DNA of 64,000 nucleotides from Synechococcus sp. GTDB lineage: Bacteria; Cyanobacteriota; Cyanobacteriia; PCC-6307; Cyanobiaceae. Location: positions 288,136-352,135 of the forward strand of contig JBJBDC010000001.1 of the NCBI GenBank assembly GCA_047285535.1. Reading direction: 5' to 3'. Shown here piece by piece: positions 49,541-60,300 of the stretch (positions are counted from its first letter, which is position 1; the number at the start of each line of letters is the position of its first letter). The position numbers and the translations under genes are program-made. The notes under the pieces are model-generated. The model saw only the letters and a program-made list of their open reading frames with translations, was not told the DNA's origin and made no database searches.

Positions 49541-50298
49541 CGTGTGCGAGGCTCGCCATCAGGCACGAAAACATATCCATATCCCCATACCGTCTGGATG
49601 TAGCGAGGACGTGCTGGGTCCGGTTCAACCAGCTTGCGCACTCGTGAAACTTGCACATCCATGCTGCGACTATCTGTGTCTGAACCAGGTCCTCGAGCCA
49701 GTTCGATGAGTCGTTCTCTAGATAATGGTCGGTGTGGATGCTGTACAAATGCTGCCAGCAAACTGAATTCACCGCTGGTAATAACGACGGGCTTGTTGTT
49801 CCTGAACAGTGTTCTTGCAGATAGATCAAATTGATTGTCTCCAAAGGTCACATCACCACCCTCAGCCACAGGTGTTCCTGCAGGTATTGAGCTCCGTCGT
49901 CTCAGTACTGCTTCAATGCGTGCTGACAACTCCCTTGGAAGAAATGGCTTGGCGAGGTAATCGTCGGCTCCCTGTTCCAACCCAATGATGCGATCGATCC
50001 CTTCCCCTCTCGCCGTCAACATGACTACGGGTAAATCGTCTCCAGCATCTCTAAGACGCCGCAGTGCAGAGAGTCCATCATCGCCTGGCATCATCAAATC
50101 AAGCACGATCAAATCTGGACGCTGAAATTCGAGCCTGGCTTCGAGCTGCTTGACATCGCTGAGACATCGAACGTCATACCCCTGGTCGATCAGATAGGTG
50201 CCCACCATCTGGCGCAGATCTGGATCATCATCGACGACCCAGATCATGGAAGCTTTCTTTGTACCTGAATTCAATGGAGTGCTTGAAGGTTGAATCAT
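49537..50298 (-). CDS. OmpR-family response regulator
   Basis: VVDDD, LDLMMPG and GADDYLAKPF; winged helix RSMDVQVSRVRK..E.DP..PRYIQTVWGYGY; 4-bp overlap with the kinase gene. Confidence 0.95.
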   Translation of the reverse strand: MIQPSSTPLNSGTKKASMIWVVDDDPDLRQMVGTYLIDQGYDVRCLSDVKQLEARLEFQRPDLIVLDLMMPGDDGLSALRRLRDAGDDLPVVMLTARGEGIDRIIGLEQGADDYLAKPFLPRELSARIEAVLRRRSSIPAGTPVAEGGDVTFGDNQFDLSARTLFRNNKPVVITSGEFSLLAAFVQHPHRPLSRERLIELARGPGSDTDSRSMDVQVSRVRKLVEPDPARPRYIQTVWGYGYVFVPDGEPRTR

Positions 50299-50407
50299 TT
50301 CTGTACCACCCAGGTCATGAAGGAACTCACCATCTCTTCTGCATATACATGTGCTGAACGTACTGATCGTATGGAGCTACGGGCGAACTGTCCTGTGCAA
50401 TTAGACC

Positions 50408-50446
50408 CTGTCATAGTTACTTGGTGATCTGTCATCACTCAGACAT
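50408..50446 (+). promoter_or_regulatory. CTGTCAT-type direct repeats, candidate OmpR/PhoB-family binding site
   Basis: CTGTCAT at 50408 and 50429, and CAGACAT at 50440 (11 bp after the second), in the divergent promoter region. Confidence 0.45.
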
Positions 50447-50479
50447 CTCTCCATAGACTTCAGTGCATACTCTGGTGCA

Positions 50480-50935
50480 ATGGAGAAATCTGTCATTCTT
50501 CCGTGGGCTGTAATGGGGATCAGTCTCCTGTGGCCTTCACACGAGCTTCAAGCTAACCCGGTGCAGCATTACGGCAACCGGATGGAAGCCTTGTTCATTC
50601 GGATGGATTCCAATGGTGACGGGCGTCTGGAAGGAAAAGAAGTGCGTGGTCAGCCCTACCTAGAAAGACGCTTGCAACGGAATCAACCGCGTAGATATTT
50701 ATTAATCGAAGACATTAAGCCTTCTGCTAGACATCCGAGTGGCCTGAGATTGCAACGTCGCTTTCAAGAAGCGGATCTTAATTTGGATGGACGACTGGAC
50801 CGAAAGGAGGTTTCTTCTCTCCCCTGGTTACAACGCAACTTTTCGAGTTTGGACCGCAATAGTGATGGAAGCCTGACAATGAATGAATTGTGGATGATGC
50901 AGCGATCCCTAGCTCCTCGTCCGAAAACACGATGA
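50480..50935 (+). CDS. Exported EF-hand protein
   Basis: Signal-peptide-like N-terminus; EF loops DSNGDGRLEGKE, DLNLDGRLDRKE and DRNSDGSLTMNE. Confidence 0.85.
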   Translation: MEKSVILPWAVMGISLLWPSHELQANPVQHYGNRMEALFIRMDSNGDGRLEGKEVRGQPYLERRLQRNQPRRYLLIEDIKPSARHPSGLRLQRRFQEADLNLDGRLDRKEVSSLPWLQRNFSSLDRNSDGSLTMNELWMMQRSLAPRPKTR

Positions 50936-50947
50936 AACACTGATGAA

Positions 50948-51391
50948 TCAGCGCTTTTTCCTTAACCGACGCTGTCGATTAGTGGTCGAAGGCGTTATAG
51001 ACATTGTGAGTTTCGATGTGCGTCGAGCTGATGGTTTTAAGAGTACGGATAAGGTTCGAAACAAGCGGGTCAGGCCAGCCACAATTGCCAGTAGACCAAG
51101 TAATAGAAGTGCAGCAATCAGAATCACTGCAGAAAGCCCTAGCAATGCTTCCAATAATTGACCAAGGCCGCGGATCAGATCAGCAATCGCTTCGCTAACC
51201 ACTACGATTGCATCTATTTTGGTCGGTAACCAGCTTAATCCGGCAAGTAATCCACTACCAAGAAGTAAAAGCAAGAAAGACTCCAGCAACTTCTTCCAAA
51301 CAGCAATGGTTTTAGAAGTACGCTTTTGCTTCATTAACAAGCGTCTTTCCTGCTGAGCTGTTCGCAGTTTGGGAGTCTTTCGTGACTTCAT
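50948..51391 (-). CDS. Hypothetical membrane protein
   Basis: Two hydrophobic segments between basic termini; ATGA overlap with the upstream ORF. Confidence 0.65.
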   Translation of the reverse strand: MKSRKTPKLRTAQQERRLLMKQKRTSKTIAVWKKLLESFLLLLLGSGLLAGLSWLPTKIDAIVVVSEAIADLIRGLGQLLEALLGLSAVILIAALLLLGLLAIVAGLTRLFRTLSVLLKPSARRTSKLTMSITPSTTNRQRRLRKKR

Positions 51392-51633
51392 GGCAGCAAA
51401 AGTCCAGTGGATCTGTGCATCCAGCGTTCAAATTCAATGAGAACTAATTCATTGGGACAGTCGATCAAGCTGAGATCACCGACTATGCAATCTCCGTAGC
51501 CGCTGTGATGGAGAGTCAGTTGATAACCAGAACCGCTCAAACCGCACACCTCAGGATCGCTCCTAACGACTACATCCAAAGAAGCTCCAATCCTTGCTAC
51601 ACGACGCCTAAGATCAGACCAACTGGAAGACAT
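51388..51633 (-). CDS. Conserved hypothetical protein
   Basis: 81-aa ORF coupled to the downstream gene; SDPEVCGLSG and CPNELVLIEFERW. Confidence 0.6.
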   Translation of the reverse strand: MSSSWSDLRRRVARIGASLDVVVRSDPEVCGLSGSGYQLTLHHSGYGDCIVGDLSLIDCPNELVLIEFERWMHRSTGLLLP

Positions 51634-51681
51634 CGAAGTTTAGGGATCAATCCATCGATTTTGGCGAAGTCAGAGCCTAGG

Positions 51682-52326
51682 TCAACGGGACGGATCAGCT
51701 TGTAAAGGTTCGGTAACCGGCTGTGGCGGTGAAATTTTTACAGCATCAGCGGGAGCGGTGTTCTGCTGGCGAGGAATGGGTAGAACCATCGCCACGGCTC
51801 CAACCATGACAAGCGCAAGACCGCCCAGAAAAGGGCTGGCTAGCCGATGCAGCAACGGAACCCTCTCGACCAACTCTCGACGACTTAAAGGATGATTGGA
51901 AATTTCTGGCCAAGACATCGCTACGCGGTGATCTGATTTCAGCGCATCCAGGCAACGCAAAAGATCAGCTAAATCTGCATCATCCAGACAAATTTTCAAA
52001 GGAGGAACGTCGGCTTGACTACTCGTCAGCTCTAATTGATGACCATGTTTCACAGGAAGGATTCGAACTGGATGCTGAAACCAACCCTCAGGCCTTGCAA
52101 CTCCTGAAATTTGATGCCGCGCGTAGGGAAAAACAACGGCCATCAATGCCTCGAGATGATCGCGTTTCCCTTCTAGTTCGGGAGCACCAACTAATTGAAG
52201 ACGCCAAGCAGACAAAATTCCAATGACATTGTCCGCATGTCCAGCAGAGAAGTCAGGAAGTCCATCGACTTCAAGCCTTGCAGCTGTTTGGTCGTAGCGA
52301 TATGAGAGTTTAAGCATCGAGCTCAT
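51682..52326 (-). CDS. DUF4335 family protein
   Basis: RLEVDGLPD and LEGKRDHLEALM..V.PYAR, with a C-terminal TM; paired with DUF3038. Confidence 0.75.
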   Translation of the reverse strand: MSSMLKLSYRYDQTAARLEVDGLPDFSAGHADNVIGILSAWRLQLVGAPELEGKRDHLEALMAVVFPYARHQISGVARPEGWFQHPVRILPVKHGHQLELTSSQADVPPLKICLDDADLADLLRCLDALKSDHRVAMSWPEISNHPLSRRELVERVPLLHRLASPFLGGLALVMVGAVAMVLPIPRQQNTAPADAVKISPPQPVTEPLQADPSR

Positions 52327-52883
52327 TATGGAGTGGGGTCAAGAAGACTGGCCCGCAGACGATCGACTCCACCAGGACCTGCAGCCAGTGCCAGGGTCAA
52401 AACCAGTTGTCTTTGGATTGCGGATGAATGATCTTTGCTAAGCAAGCGTTGAACTGCACCACGACGGAGATTGAGGCGTTCATCAATGAGATCTCTTAAA
52501 CGTTGGTCCATAAGCGCCCAACGTCGAGCGGTCAGCTCAGATGGTTCACGACTTGAGAGAAGTTGATGAAGCATCGGATACAGACGGTCAGCCATGGCAC
52601 ACAGAAGCCTGATAAGAGCTTCTGTTTCCGCCGCACTAAGTTTTCCACGACGCGTGACCCGGCGCAGTGGATTATGGCAACGTCTTTTCCAGAGTTCTAC
52701 TCGATTCGGGAAGAGGGTCTCGAAACCAAGTTGTTGTGTTGCCCAAAGCATGGCTTCTCCGCCATTGAAATCTAACGATTCAACGGTGAGTAGAAGGAGA
52801 TCGAGGCGTTCCAAGCCACGACGGCCAAGAACAGCTGTCGGGAGAGGAACTTCTGACGAAGGAGCGACAGGGGCTTCAGTCAT
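52326..52883 (-). CDS. DUF3038 family protein
   Basis: LDLLLLTVESL, NRVELWKRRCHNPLR and G..RLRASLLD. Confidence 0.8.
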   Translation of the reverse strand: MTEAPVAPSSEVPLPTAVLGRRGLERLDLLLLTVESLDFNGGEAMLWATQQLGFETLFPNRVELWKRRCHNPLRRVTRRGKLSAAETEALIRLLCAMADRLYPMLHQLLSSREPSELTARRWALMDQRLRDLIDERLNLRRGAVQRLLSKDHSSAIQRQLVLTLALAAGPGGVDRLRASLLDPTP

Positions 52884-53500
52884 GGCTTGGGGGCATTCGT
52901 TTCAAGAGGACCAATCCTGGACAGTGTCTTTAACACATCATTAGGTGGTAAAGGAAACCTTCCTTGCATGGGCAATCTGAACACTTGCTCAATAAGCGAA
53001 TCCCACGTTAGTGCGTTATACATTTCTCTCAACGGAAAGGTGGCTGACGTTGCGATTGGCACAGGATCTGAAATAAGACCATAAGTGCAATTGTTCACAA
53101 CAGAACAGACTTCGACTTGCAATTGTCGACCTACTTTTTGATGGACAATTCACAGTCAAGGCATAAAGATCCGTACATGGTGTTGCTGGATGTTCACTTG
53201 TTCATGATTGTGTCTGGAGTTGGATCACGGATGATCTGTTCTATGGCAGGGGATTTCATCGAAAGTAGTCTTGGTAAAAGGTTGTAGATCTCCTTGGGGC
53301 TCTAGAGGTTCCCTTCGGGACGATTTGAAATCTTTTGACCCTGAAATTTGTTGCTATCTTTTGCTGCTTCTTTGCTTTGTTTCTGGTTTCATTGTGAATT
53401 TGTTCAAAAATGTCGAGTGTTATCAATATGAATTCTTGAATGTCGTCCTAAGCGAGCAAGCATCCAGACAAGATTGTTTGCCTCTGTCTGCGATGATCCA

Positions 53501-54046
53501 ATGGTTAAGACTTACCTGAAACAAGCCTTGGATCTTCGTCAGTACGTTCAAGATATTCCTGACTTTCCTAAGCCAGGGATTCTCTTTCGTGATATTTCTC
53601 CAATGTTGCGGGATCCCGTGGCCTGGGCAGAGATCATGAATCGTCTAGGAGCGGTTTGTGATGCGTTGAAGCCTGACCTGATTGTAGGAATTGAAGCCCG
53701 TGGATTCATCGTCGGAATGGGCCTGGCAACCCATAGGAAATTGGGCTTTGTGCCGGTACGCAAACCCGGCAAACTTCCTGGTGATGTGTTGGGTGTTGAT
53801 TACGATCTTGAATATGGAAAGGATCGCCTTGAGATTCAAGCGGATGCTCTTCTTGCTCAACCACGTATTTTGATTGTTGATGATCTCTTGGCGACAGGAG
53901 GCACAGCCTCAGCAACAATTGACCTCATTAAAAAAGCCGGTGGTCAACTGGTTGGCTGTGCCTTTATCGTTGAGTTGGCAGCATTGAACGGACGCTCATG
54001 TTTTCCTTCAGGTATCACTGTTGAATCTTTGATTCACTATTCCTGA
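53501..54046 (+). CDS. apt: Adenine phosphoribosyltransferase
   Basis: [28 protein letters not shown] and the PRPP motif [11 protein letters not shown]. Start is 53501 or 53528. Confidence 0.96.
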   Translation: MVKTYLKQALDLRQYVQDIPDFPKPGILFRDISPMLRDPVAWAEIMNRLGAVCDALKPDLIVGIEARGFIVGMGLATHRKLGFVPVRKPGKLPGDVLGVDYDLEYGKDRLEIQADALLAQPRILIVDDLLATGGTASATIDLIKKAGGQLVGCAFIVELAALNGRSCFPSGITVESLIHYS

Positions 54047-54249
54047 TTTTGCTGCCAATCCAAAACTTGCTGGTAACCTTGCAAGCTCAGAAGTCCAAAA
54101 CTCCAGAGCACCACTGGAAGTGGTGCTTGTTCTAATTCTGCTTGGCGCAAGCCAAGCTTGATGGCGTTATCACTGAGCCCCAGTTTTCCTTGCAAATAGG
54201 AAAGTAATGCCTCTGACGGCTTGGGTTGTGGGTCACTACTTAGAACCAT
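54037..54249 (-). CDS. DUF2949 family protein
   Basis: [14 protein letters not shown]....VLDW. Confidence 0.8.
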   Translation of the reverse strand: MVLSSDPQPKPSEALLSYLQGKLGLSDNAIKLGLRQAELEQAPLPVVLWSFGLLSLQGYQQVLDWQQNQE

Positions 54250-54268
54250 TCAAACCATCATTCTTCAC

Positions 54269-55438
54269 TTACTCTGGCAAGCGTTTGAGAAGAGTGCCAG
54301 GTCCATCAGACATCACTTGAAGTGAAACACGTCGAAAGAATGTGGACCTCCTCAGTATTGAGAGACCAACACGTCGGATGAGGAGAAGTCCTGGTTGACG
54401 GTTGGAGAATAAACGCACAAGGCAATCCGTTGCCAACCCAACGGTGAAGAGATCTAGAAAACGAAACTTTGTGTAGAGACGAGGCACATCTCTGATGCCA
54501 AGTCTGAGGTGTGAAGTAGAGGACATCAGCTTGAGAAGAGTATCCACATCACGCCAACAAAGATTCAGCCCTTGTCCACCAACGGGATGACAGCGATGAC
54601 CGGATTCTCCAACAAGAACAATGTTATCTCGATGCAATTTCGGAGAAATACTGAGCTCTAGAGGAAAAGAACCTGGTGCATCAAGCAAGGCATCGGGTTC
54701 GAGGCCATAAGGAAGAATCGTGGCAAGCTGATCGAGAAATGCAGACGATTCTAGAGATGCTAATCGGCGACATCGATCGATGGGCGCACTCCATACAACT
54801 TGAAAATCGTTGGAACCTAGCGGAAGAAGGGCTAGGGGACCTTCCGGCCTGAAGCATTCATACGCTTCCTCAGGATTAACCTTCCGCAGGTGTACTTTTG
54901 CAGTTAAACACCCTTGCGAATAGTGATGTGACCAAAAAGGCAGTTTTGAATTCGTTCGTGTTGACGATCGTGGCCCATCAGCAGCGATGACTAAATTATG
55001 TTCATCATTGATTGATTTTATTTGATCATTTTTCTTGCCCAAGCAAAGGCTGATGAGTGTATTTTGCTCGAGCTTTTGTAGTATTAAGGGCATTAATGAT
55101 TGGTGGTCAAGTATCCATCCAATTGTGTTTGTATGGCTATTGCTGGGATGTAAGTCTTTAGGTGTAAATCTAACCCTGCGATTGGTGCCACAATCTTCTA
55201 AGCGCAAAGACTTGAAGGGAACCATGAAGGGTTTCAACTCATTCCAAAGGCCTAAACGTATGAGGAGGCGGCGGGATGAGTGAGTTAAGGCATAAGCCCG
55301 ACTCTTAGAACATAGTTCTGTCGCGCACAGGGGATCAAACAGATGAATTGAATAACCGAGTTTTGCGAGTCCAATGGCCAGCAAGCTTCCTGTTGGACCG
55401 GCTCCATTAATCCGTATTGAAGGAGAAGAACCGGTCAT
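54269..55438 (-). CDS. UbiH/VisC-like FAD-dependent monooxygenase
   Basis: GAGPTG, AADGPRS, GPLALLP and GESGHRCHPVGGQGLNL. Confidence 0.88.
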   Translation of the reverse strand: MTGSSPSIRINGAGPTGSLLAIGLAKLGYSIHLFDPLCATELCSKSRAYALTHSSRRLLIRLGLWNELKPFMVPFKSLRLEDCGTNRRVRFTPKDLHPSNSHTNTIGWILDHQSLMPLILQKLEQNTLISLCLGKKNDQIKSINDEHNLVIAADGPRSSTRTNSKLPFWSHHYSQGCLTAKVHLRKVNPEEAYECFRPEGPLALLPLGSNDFQVVWSAPIDRCRRLASLESSAFLDQLATILPYGLEPDALLDAPGSFPLELSISPKLHRDNIVLVGESGHRCHPVGGQGLNLCWRDVDTLLKLMSSTSHLRLGIRDVPRLYTKFRFLDLFTVGLATDCLVRLFSNRQPGLLLIRRVGLSILRRSTFFRRVSLQVMSDGPGTLLKRLPE

Positions 55439-55447
55439 GAGGCCTGA

Positions 55448-55699
55448 TCAGCCAATGCCAAGCAGTCCGCGGGTGAGGGATTCACCACCCATGGCCAATT
55501 CAGTCGCCAGCAAGGCAATGAAGCCGAGCATGGCCATGCGTCCATTCAGTTTTTCGGCGCGTTCGTGAAAACCCCAACCATTCTCTACATCCACAATTTC
55601 CATGCGTGGCTCAGTCGCGAATGCGTTCAGACGGCCTCCATCTTCTTGGGTCACAGTGGCGCCGCGCATGATGGATGGACTTGCAGAGGCTTGAGTCAT
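55448..55699 (-). CDS. hli: High-light-inducible protein (HLIP)
   Basis: Chlorophyll-binding motif AEKLNGRMAMLGF preceded by GGRLNAFATEP. Confidence 0.95.
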   Translation of the reverse strand: MTQASASPSIMRGATVTQEDGGRLNAFATEPRMEIVDVENGWGFHERAEKLNGRMAMLGFIALLATELAMGGESLTRGLLGIG

Positions 55700-55713
55700 G
55701 AAGACTGATTGAT

Positions 55714-55731
55714 TTCTTTACGAAGTGTAAC
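55714..55731 (-). promoter_or_regulatory. HLR1-like (RpaB) direct repeat upstream of hli
   Basis: Minus strand GTTACACT-TC-GTAAAGAA, 14 nt before the ATG; consensus (G/T)TTACA(T/A)(T/A)-N2 repeat. Confidence 0.55.
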
Positions 55732-56401
55732 CCATTTGTGAAGAAACGTTGCGAAGTCGAATGCGGCACAGGTCTTCGAATGCAGGTCTCAGCAGGTATG
55801 GATAGTCTCCGATCCACATTCGCAGTCCTGGAAGCCAAGCATCGCTCAAGGCTCCAAGTCGTGAGAAGTCCTTTCGATCACTTAGCACTAGACATCGAAT
55901 CAAGGTTCCTGGCCGAATGGCTCCATGGTGCTTCGCCATTGGAAAGGAGATTCGTCCGAGATAGCCTTCCTCATCAGCAAGCTCAAGTACGAGCCAGGTC
56001 CTTCGATTTTCAATGAGTTCGAGTTGACCGCGCGCATCAGCCTGCTCCCTCTGATTTTCAATTCGCTCCCTGCGATAAGCCTCAACAATTTCTCCTTCAA
56101 ATAGTGCTGCAGCCGGATACCTCCGCAACACGGCATTTTTCTGACCAGCTTCGACAATGGGGCCCCACAGCACATACAGCAGAAGCACAACACCGATCAC
56201 GAGCCAAAGAGAGCCCCATCGATTTGCTAGTTGGCTTTGACTGATCAAAAGAGTGATTACCCCCCCAATCGAGGCAATCAGTAGACGCTGAAGGATCTTT
56301 CGCGGATTGCCTAGTGCAGATCTGAATTGTTGGCCGGTGGCAACAGCAGGAATCAACCGATGCAGTTCACCGGGTCGCAGAGGAATCAACATGGTGACCA
56401 A
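55718..56401 (-). CDS. Conserved cyanobacterial membrane protein
   Basis: LIPAVATGQQF, two TM segments with LWGPI, and YPYLLRP; in an operon with dapB. Confidence 0.75.
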   Translation of the reverse strand: MVTMLIPLRPGELHRLIPAVATGQQFRSALGNPRKILQRLLIASIGGVITLLISQSQLANRWGSLWLVIGVVLLLYVLWGPIVEAGQKNAVLRRYPAAALFEGEIVEAYRRERIENQREQADARGQLELIENRRTWLVLELADEEGYLGRISFPMAKHHGAIRPGTLIRCLVLSDRKDFSRLGALSDAWLPGLRMWIGDYPYLLRPAFEDLCRIRLRNVSSQMGYTS

Positions 56402-56404
56402 CCT

Positions 56405-57256
56405 TTAAAGAAGGCGTTCAAGGCCGTAAATCAGAGTCTGCAAGATTCGTACTTTGCGAATGCAGAGGAGAACTCCCGGCATATAAGCAGCTCGATCAAT
56501 GGTGTCGTGCCGAAGGGTATAAGTCTCGCCTGGCGAGCCGAACATCACTTCCTGGTGAGCTACGAGACCTGGAAGTCTCAGGGAATGTAAACGCAGGCCG
56601 CTTGGTCGCAGACCACCACGACTTCCAGCAAGAGATTCATGCTCCTCAACCTCTGATTGATTGAATTGTTTCCCGAGCTCTTCCATGAGTTCAGCCGTTT
56701 TGATGCAAGTTCCACTAGGAGCATCAGCTTTGCGGTTGTGATGAAGTTCCGTTAGCTCTGCGTGGTCATAGAAGCGAGCAGCGGCCGCGGCCGCCTGTTG
56801 GAGTAACACCATCCCTACAGAGAAATTAGGAATCACTGCCCCGCCGATGGAGGCTTTCTCTGAGAATGACTGCAGATCATTCAGTTGGGTTGGAGAGAGA
56901 CCTGTGGTCCCAATCACTGGATGAACCCCATAGGCAATCGCAGCTCTGGTATTGGCATAGACCACAGATGGATGGGTGAAATCAACCATGACAGTGCCTT
57001 TGCCTGGCCCTGCATCACGAACGGCCTGACTTGCGGCACAAAGGCAACCCTCAAGATCTGCCGTCACTGCAACGTCCAAGGCGTTGAGTCCCAGAAGTAA
57101 CCCTATGTCTTCTCCTTCTTTTCCGGGCGTGTTGTCCACAGCTCCAACGAGCTTGCAATCGGACGTCGAAGTCACAGCGCGAATCACTTCGGCACCCATT
57201 CGACCCAGTGCACCGGTCACAATGACGGGTATCGAGTCGCTCTGGATGTCGCTCAT
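56405..57256 (-). CDS. dapB: 4-hydroxy-tetrahydrodipicolinate reductase
   Basis: GALGRMG, DFT, GTTG, PNFSVG and [14 protein letters not shown]. Confidence 0.97.
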   Translation of the reverse strand: MSDIQSDSIPVIVTGALGRMGAEVIRAVTSTSDCKLVGAVDNTPGKEGEDIGLLLGLNALDVAVTADLEGCLCAASQAVRDAGPGKGTVMVDFTHPSVVYANTRAAIAYGVHPVIGTTGLSPTQLNDLQSFSEKASIGGAVIPNFSVGMVLLQQAAAAAARFYDHAELTELHHNRKADAPSGTCIKTAELMEELGKQFNQSEVEEHESLAGSRGGLRPSGLRLHSLRLPGLVAHQEVMFGSPGETYTLRHDTIDRAAYMPGVLLCIRKVRILQTLIYGLERLL

Positions 57257-57342
57257 GAATGGGCAGCAGATGGCTTCAGCCTATGGGGCCAAGCGCGGAT
57301 GTAACACGACATGCAAAACCAAAGCGGAGAGACAGACTCACC

Positions 57343-57360
57343 CGTAAACTTCGTTACATT
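57343..57360 (+). promoter_or_regulatory. Overlapping NtcA-type palindrome and HLR1-like repeat upstream of chlH
   Basis: CGTAAACT-TC-GTTACATT, which contains GTA-N8-TAC at 57344-57357. Confidence 0.45.
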
Positions 57361-57374
57361 GCTCAAATGCGCTG

Positions 57375-60300
57375 ATGTTTACGCAGGTCCGTTCCGCTGA
57401 TCGTCGGATTGTTCCTGTTGATGAGCACAATCATCAGGTGGTCATGAAGGCCGTCTATGTGGTTCTCGAACCGCAATACCAAAGTGCTCTGACTCAAGCG
57501 GCGATCACTCTCAATGCTCAAGCAGGTCCGATCGGGATAGAACTCTGTGGCTATCTCATTGAGGAGCTCCGTGATGACCTCAATTACGCAGACTTTAAAA
57601 AAGATATTGCTGACACTGATGTCTTTATTGGCTCACTCATTTTTATTGAAGATCTTGCTCAAAAAGTTGTTGATGCAGTAGCTCCTCATCGCGATCGTCT
57701 TAAGGCTGCGGTTGTCTTTCCATCGATGCCGGAAGTCATGCGCCTCAACAAGTTGGGCAGCTTCTCCATGGCTCAGCTTGGTCAGAGTAAAAGTGCGATC
57801 GCCGGCTTCATGAAAAAGCGGAAAGAGGCTGGGGGAGCAGGCTTTCAAGATGCAATGCTCAAACTCCTCAACACTCTTCCAACGGTTCTCAAGTACCTCC
57901 CTGTTGAGAAAGCTCAGGATGCTCGCAGCTTCATGCTGAGTTTCCAGTATTGGTTAGGAGGCACTCCAGATAACCTTCAAAATTTTCTACTCATGCTGGC
58001 AGATAAGTATGTCTTTCCAGCATCAGAATCTGAACATCGTCCTGAATTCGTTGTTGCCGATCCAGAGGTATTCCCTGATTTAGGAATCTGGCATCCACTC
58101 GCACCCCAGATGTTTGAGGACCTCAAAGAATATTTGAATTGGACGGCCAGTCGTACCGATTTAGGCGAAAACTCACGGAATGGTCCAGTGATTGGACTTG
58201 TCCTTCAGAGAAGCCACATTGTGACCGGAGATGATGCTCATTACGTCGCCACCATTCAGGAACTCGAATTTCGTGGTGCACGCGTTATTCCAATCTTTTG
58301 CGGAGGTCTTGATTTTTCTAAGCCGGTCAATGCATTTTTTTACGATCCGCTTAATGCAGATCAATCCTTAGTTGATAGCATTGTTTCACTGACTGGGTTT
58401 GCCTTGGTTGGTGGTCCAGCGCGTCAAGATCATCCCAAGGCTGTTGAGGCACTAAAAAAACTCAACCGGCCCTATATGGTTGCGCTTCCACTGGTCTTTC
58501 AAACGACGCAGGAATGGGAAAAAAGTGATCTTGGGCTTCATCCAGTTCAAGTTGCACTGCAAATTGCAATTCCTGAATTAGATGGAGCTATAGAGCCCAT
58601 TGTTCTTTCTGGACGTGACGACGCCACTGGAAAAGCACATACCTTGCAAGATCGTGTGGATGCGATCGCTGAAAGGGCCATTCGGTGGTCTTCGTTACGA
58701 ATCAAGCCTTGTGCAGAAAAGAAATTAGCAATTACTGTTTTCAGTTTCCCTCCAGATAAGGGCAATGTTGGAACGGCTGCGTACCTCAATGTCTTTGATT
58801 CCATCTACAGAGTGCTTCAGGAGATGAAGGCTAAGGGATATGACGTTCAGAATCTGCCACGTGATGCCAAGTCACTGATGGAAACTGTGATTAGTGATCC
58901 TGAAGCATTGCAAGGATCACCTGAACTCTCGATCGCCCATCGAATGAGCGTAGAAGAGTATGAACGCCTGACTCCTTATTCAGCACGTTTGGAAGAAAAT
59001 TGGGGTAAGCCTCCAGGCAGCTTAAATAGTGATGGCCAAAATCTATTGATTTATGGGTGTCATTTTGGAAATGTTTTTGTAGGCGTTCAGCCTACATTTG
59101 GCTATGAAGGTGACCCAATGCGGCTTCTCTACTCTCGCAGTGCCAGCCCTCATCATGGTTTTGCTGCCTATTACACCTACCTAGAAAAGGTTTGGGGAGC
59201 AGACGCAGTGCTCCACTTCGGGACGCATGGATCTCTTGAGTTTATGCCTGGCAAGCAAATGGGTATGAGCGAAACTTGTTACCCAGACTCTTTAATCGGA
59301 GCCTTACCTAATCTCTATTATTACGCAGCTAATAATCCGTCTGAGGCGACTATTGCGAAACGTAGAGGATATGCTTCTACTATTAGCTATCTAACACCAC
59401 CAGCCGAAAATGCTGGTCTTTATAAAGGACTCAAGGAGTTAGGTGAGTTGGTTGGCTCTTACCAGCAATTGCGTGAAAGTGCTCGTGGAGTACAAATTGT
59501 CAATGCCATTATTGAAACTGCAAGGTTATGTAATCTCGATAAAGATGTCAGTCTCCCTGATGATGATTCGTCTCAATTAGATCTCGAAGCTCGTGACTCC
59601 ATTGTGGGTGCCATCTACAGGCAATTAATGGAAATTGAAAGTCGCCTTCTTCCTTGCGGCTTGCACACTATTGGTAAACCTCCTACGGCAGAAGAAGCGA
59701 TTGCAACGTTGGTCAGCATTGCTGCTCTGGAGCGTGAAGAGGAAGGCCTTCGCTCACTCCCCGGTCTTCTTGCTGAATCATTAGGTCGCAAGATTGACGA
59801 CATTTATCAAGGAAATGACGACGGTGTTCTTGAAGATGTAGAGCTCAATCGCACAATCACAGAGGTATCGCGATCAGCTGTGGGTGCCATGGTGCGATCA
59901 CTCACTGGCCAGGATGGTCGCGTGAGAATGCGCGAAAACTTTGGCTGGTTCCTGAAACTGCTTGCTCGTCTCGGATTCAAGCTGCCAACACCTTGGTATC
60001 GAGCCTGTTGTTCCGCTGGCTTTAAAGATATTGACAGTAGTGCTCTTGACACACTCTTTGCCTACTTGCGTTTCTGTCTGCAACAGATCTGTGCAGATAT
60101 GGAGATGGAAAGCTTACTTAGGGCTCTTGATGGTGAATATGTTCTCCCCGGACCAGGTGGAGACCCAATCAGGAATCCAGGTGTGCTTCCAAGTGGGAAA
60201 AATATTCATGCTCTTGACCCTCAAGCGATTCCAACTCGCGCAGCAGTAGCAGCAGCAAAAGTCGTCGTAGATAAATTAATTGAACGTGAGAGAGAAGAAC

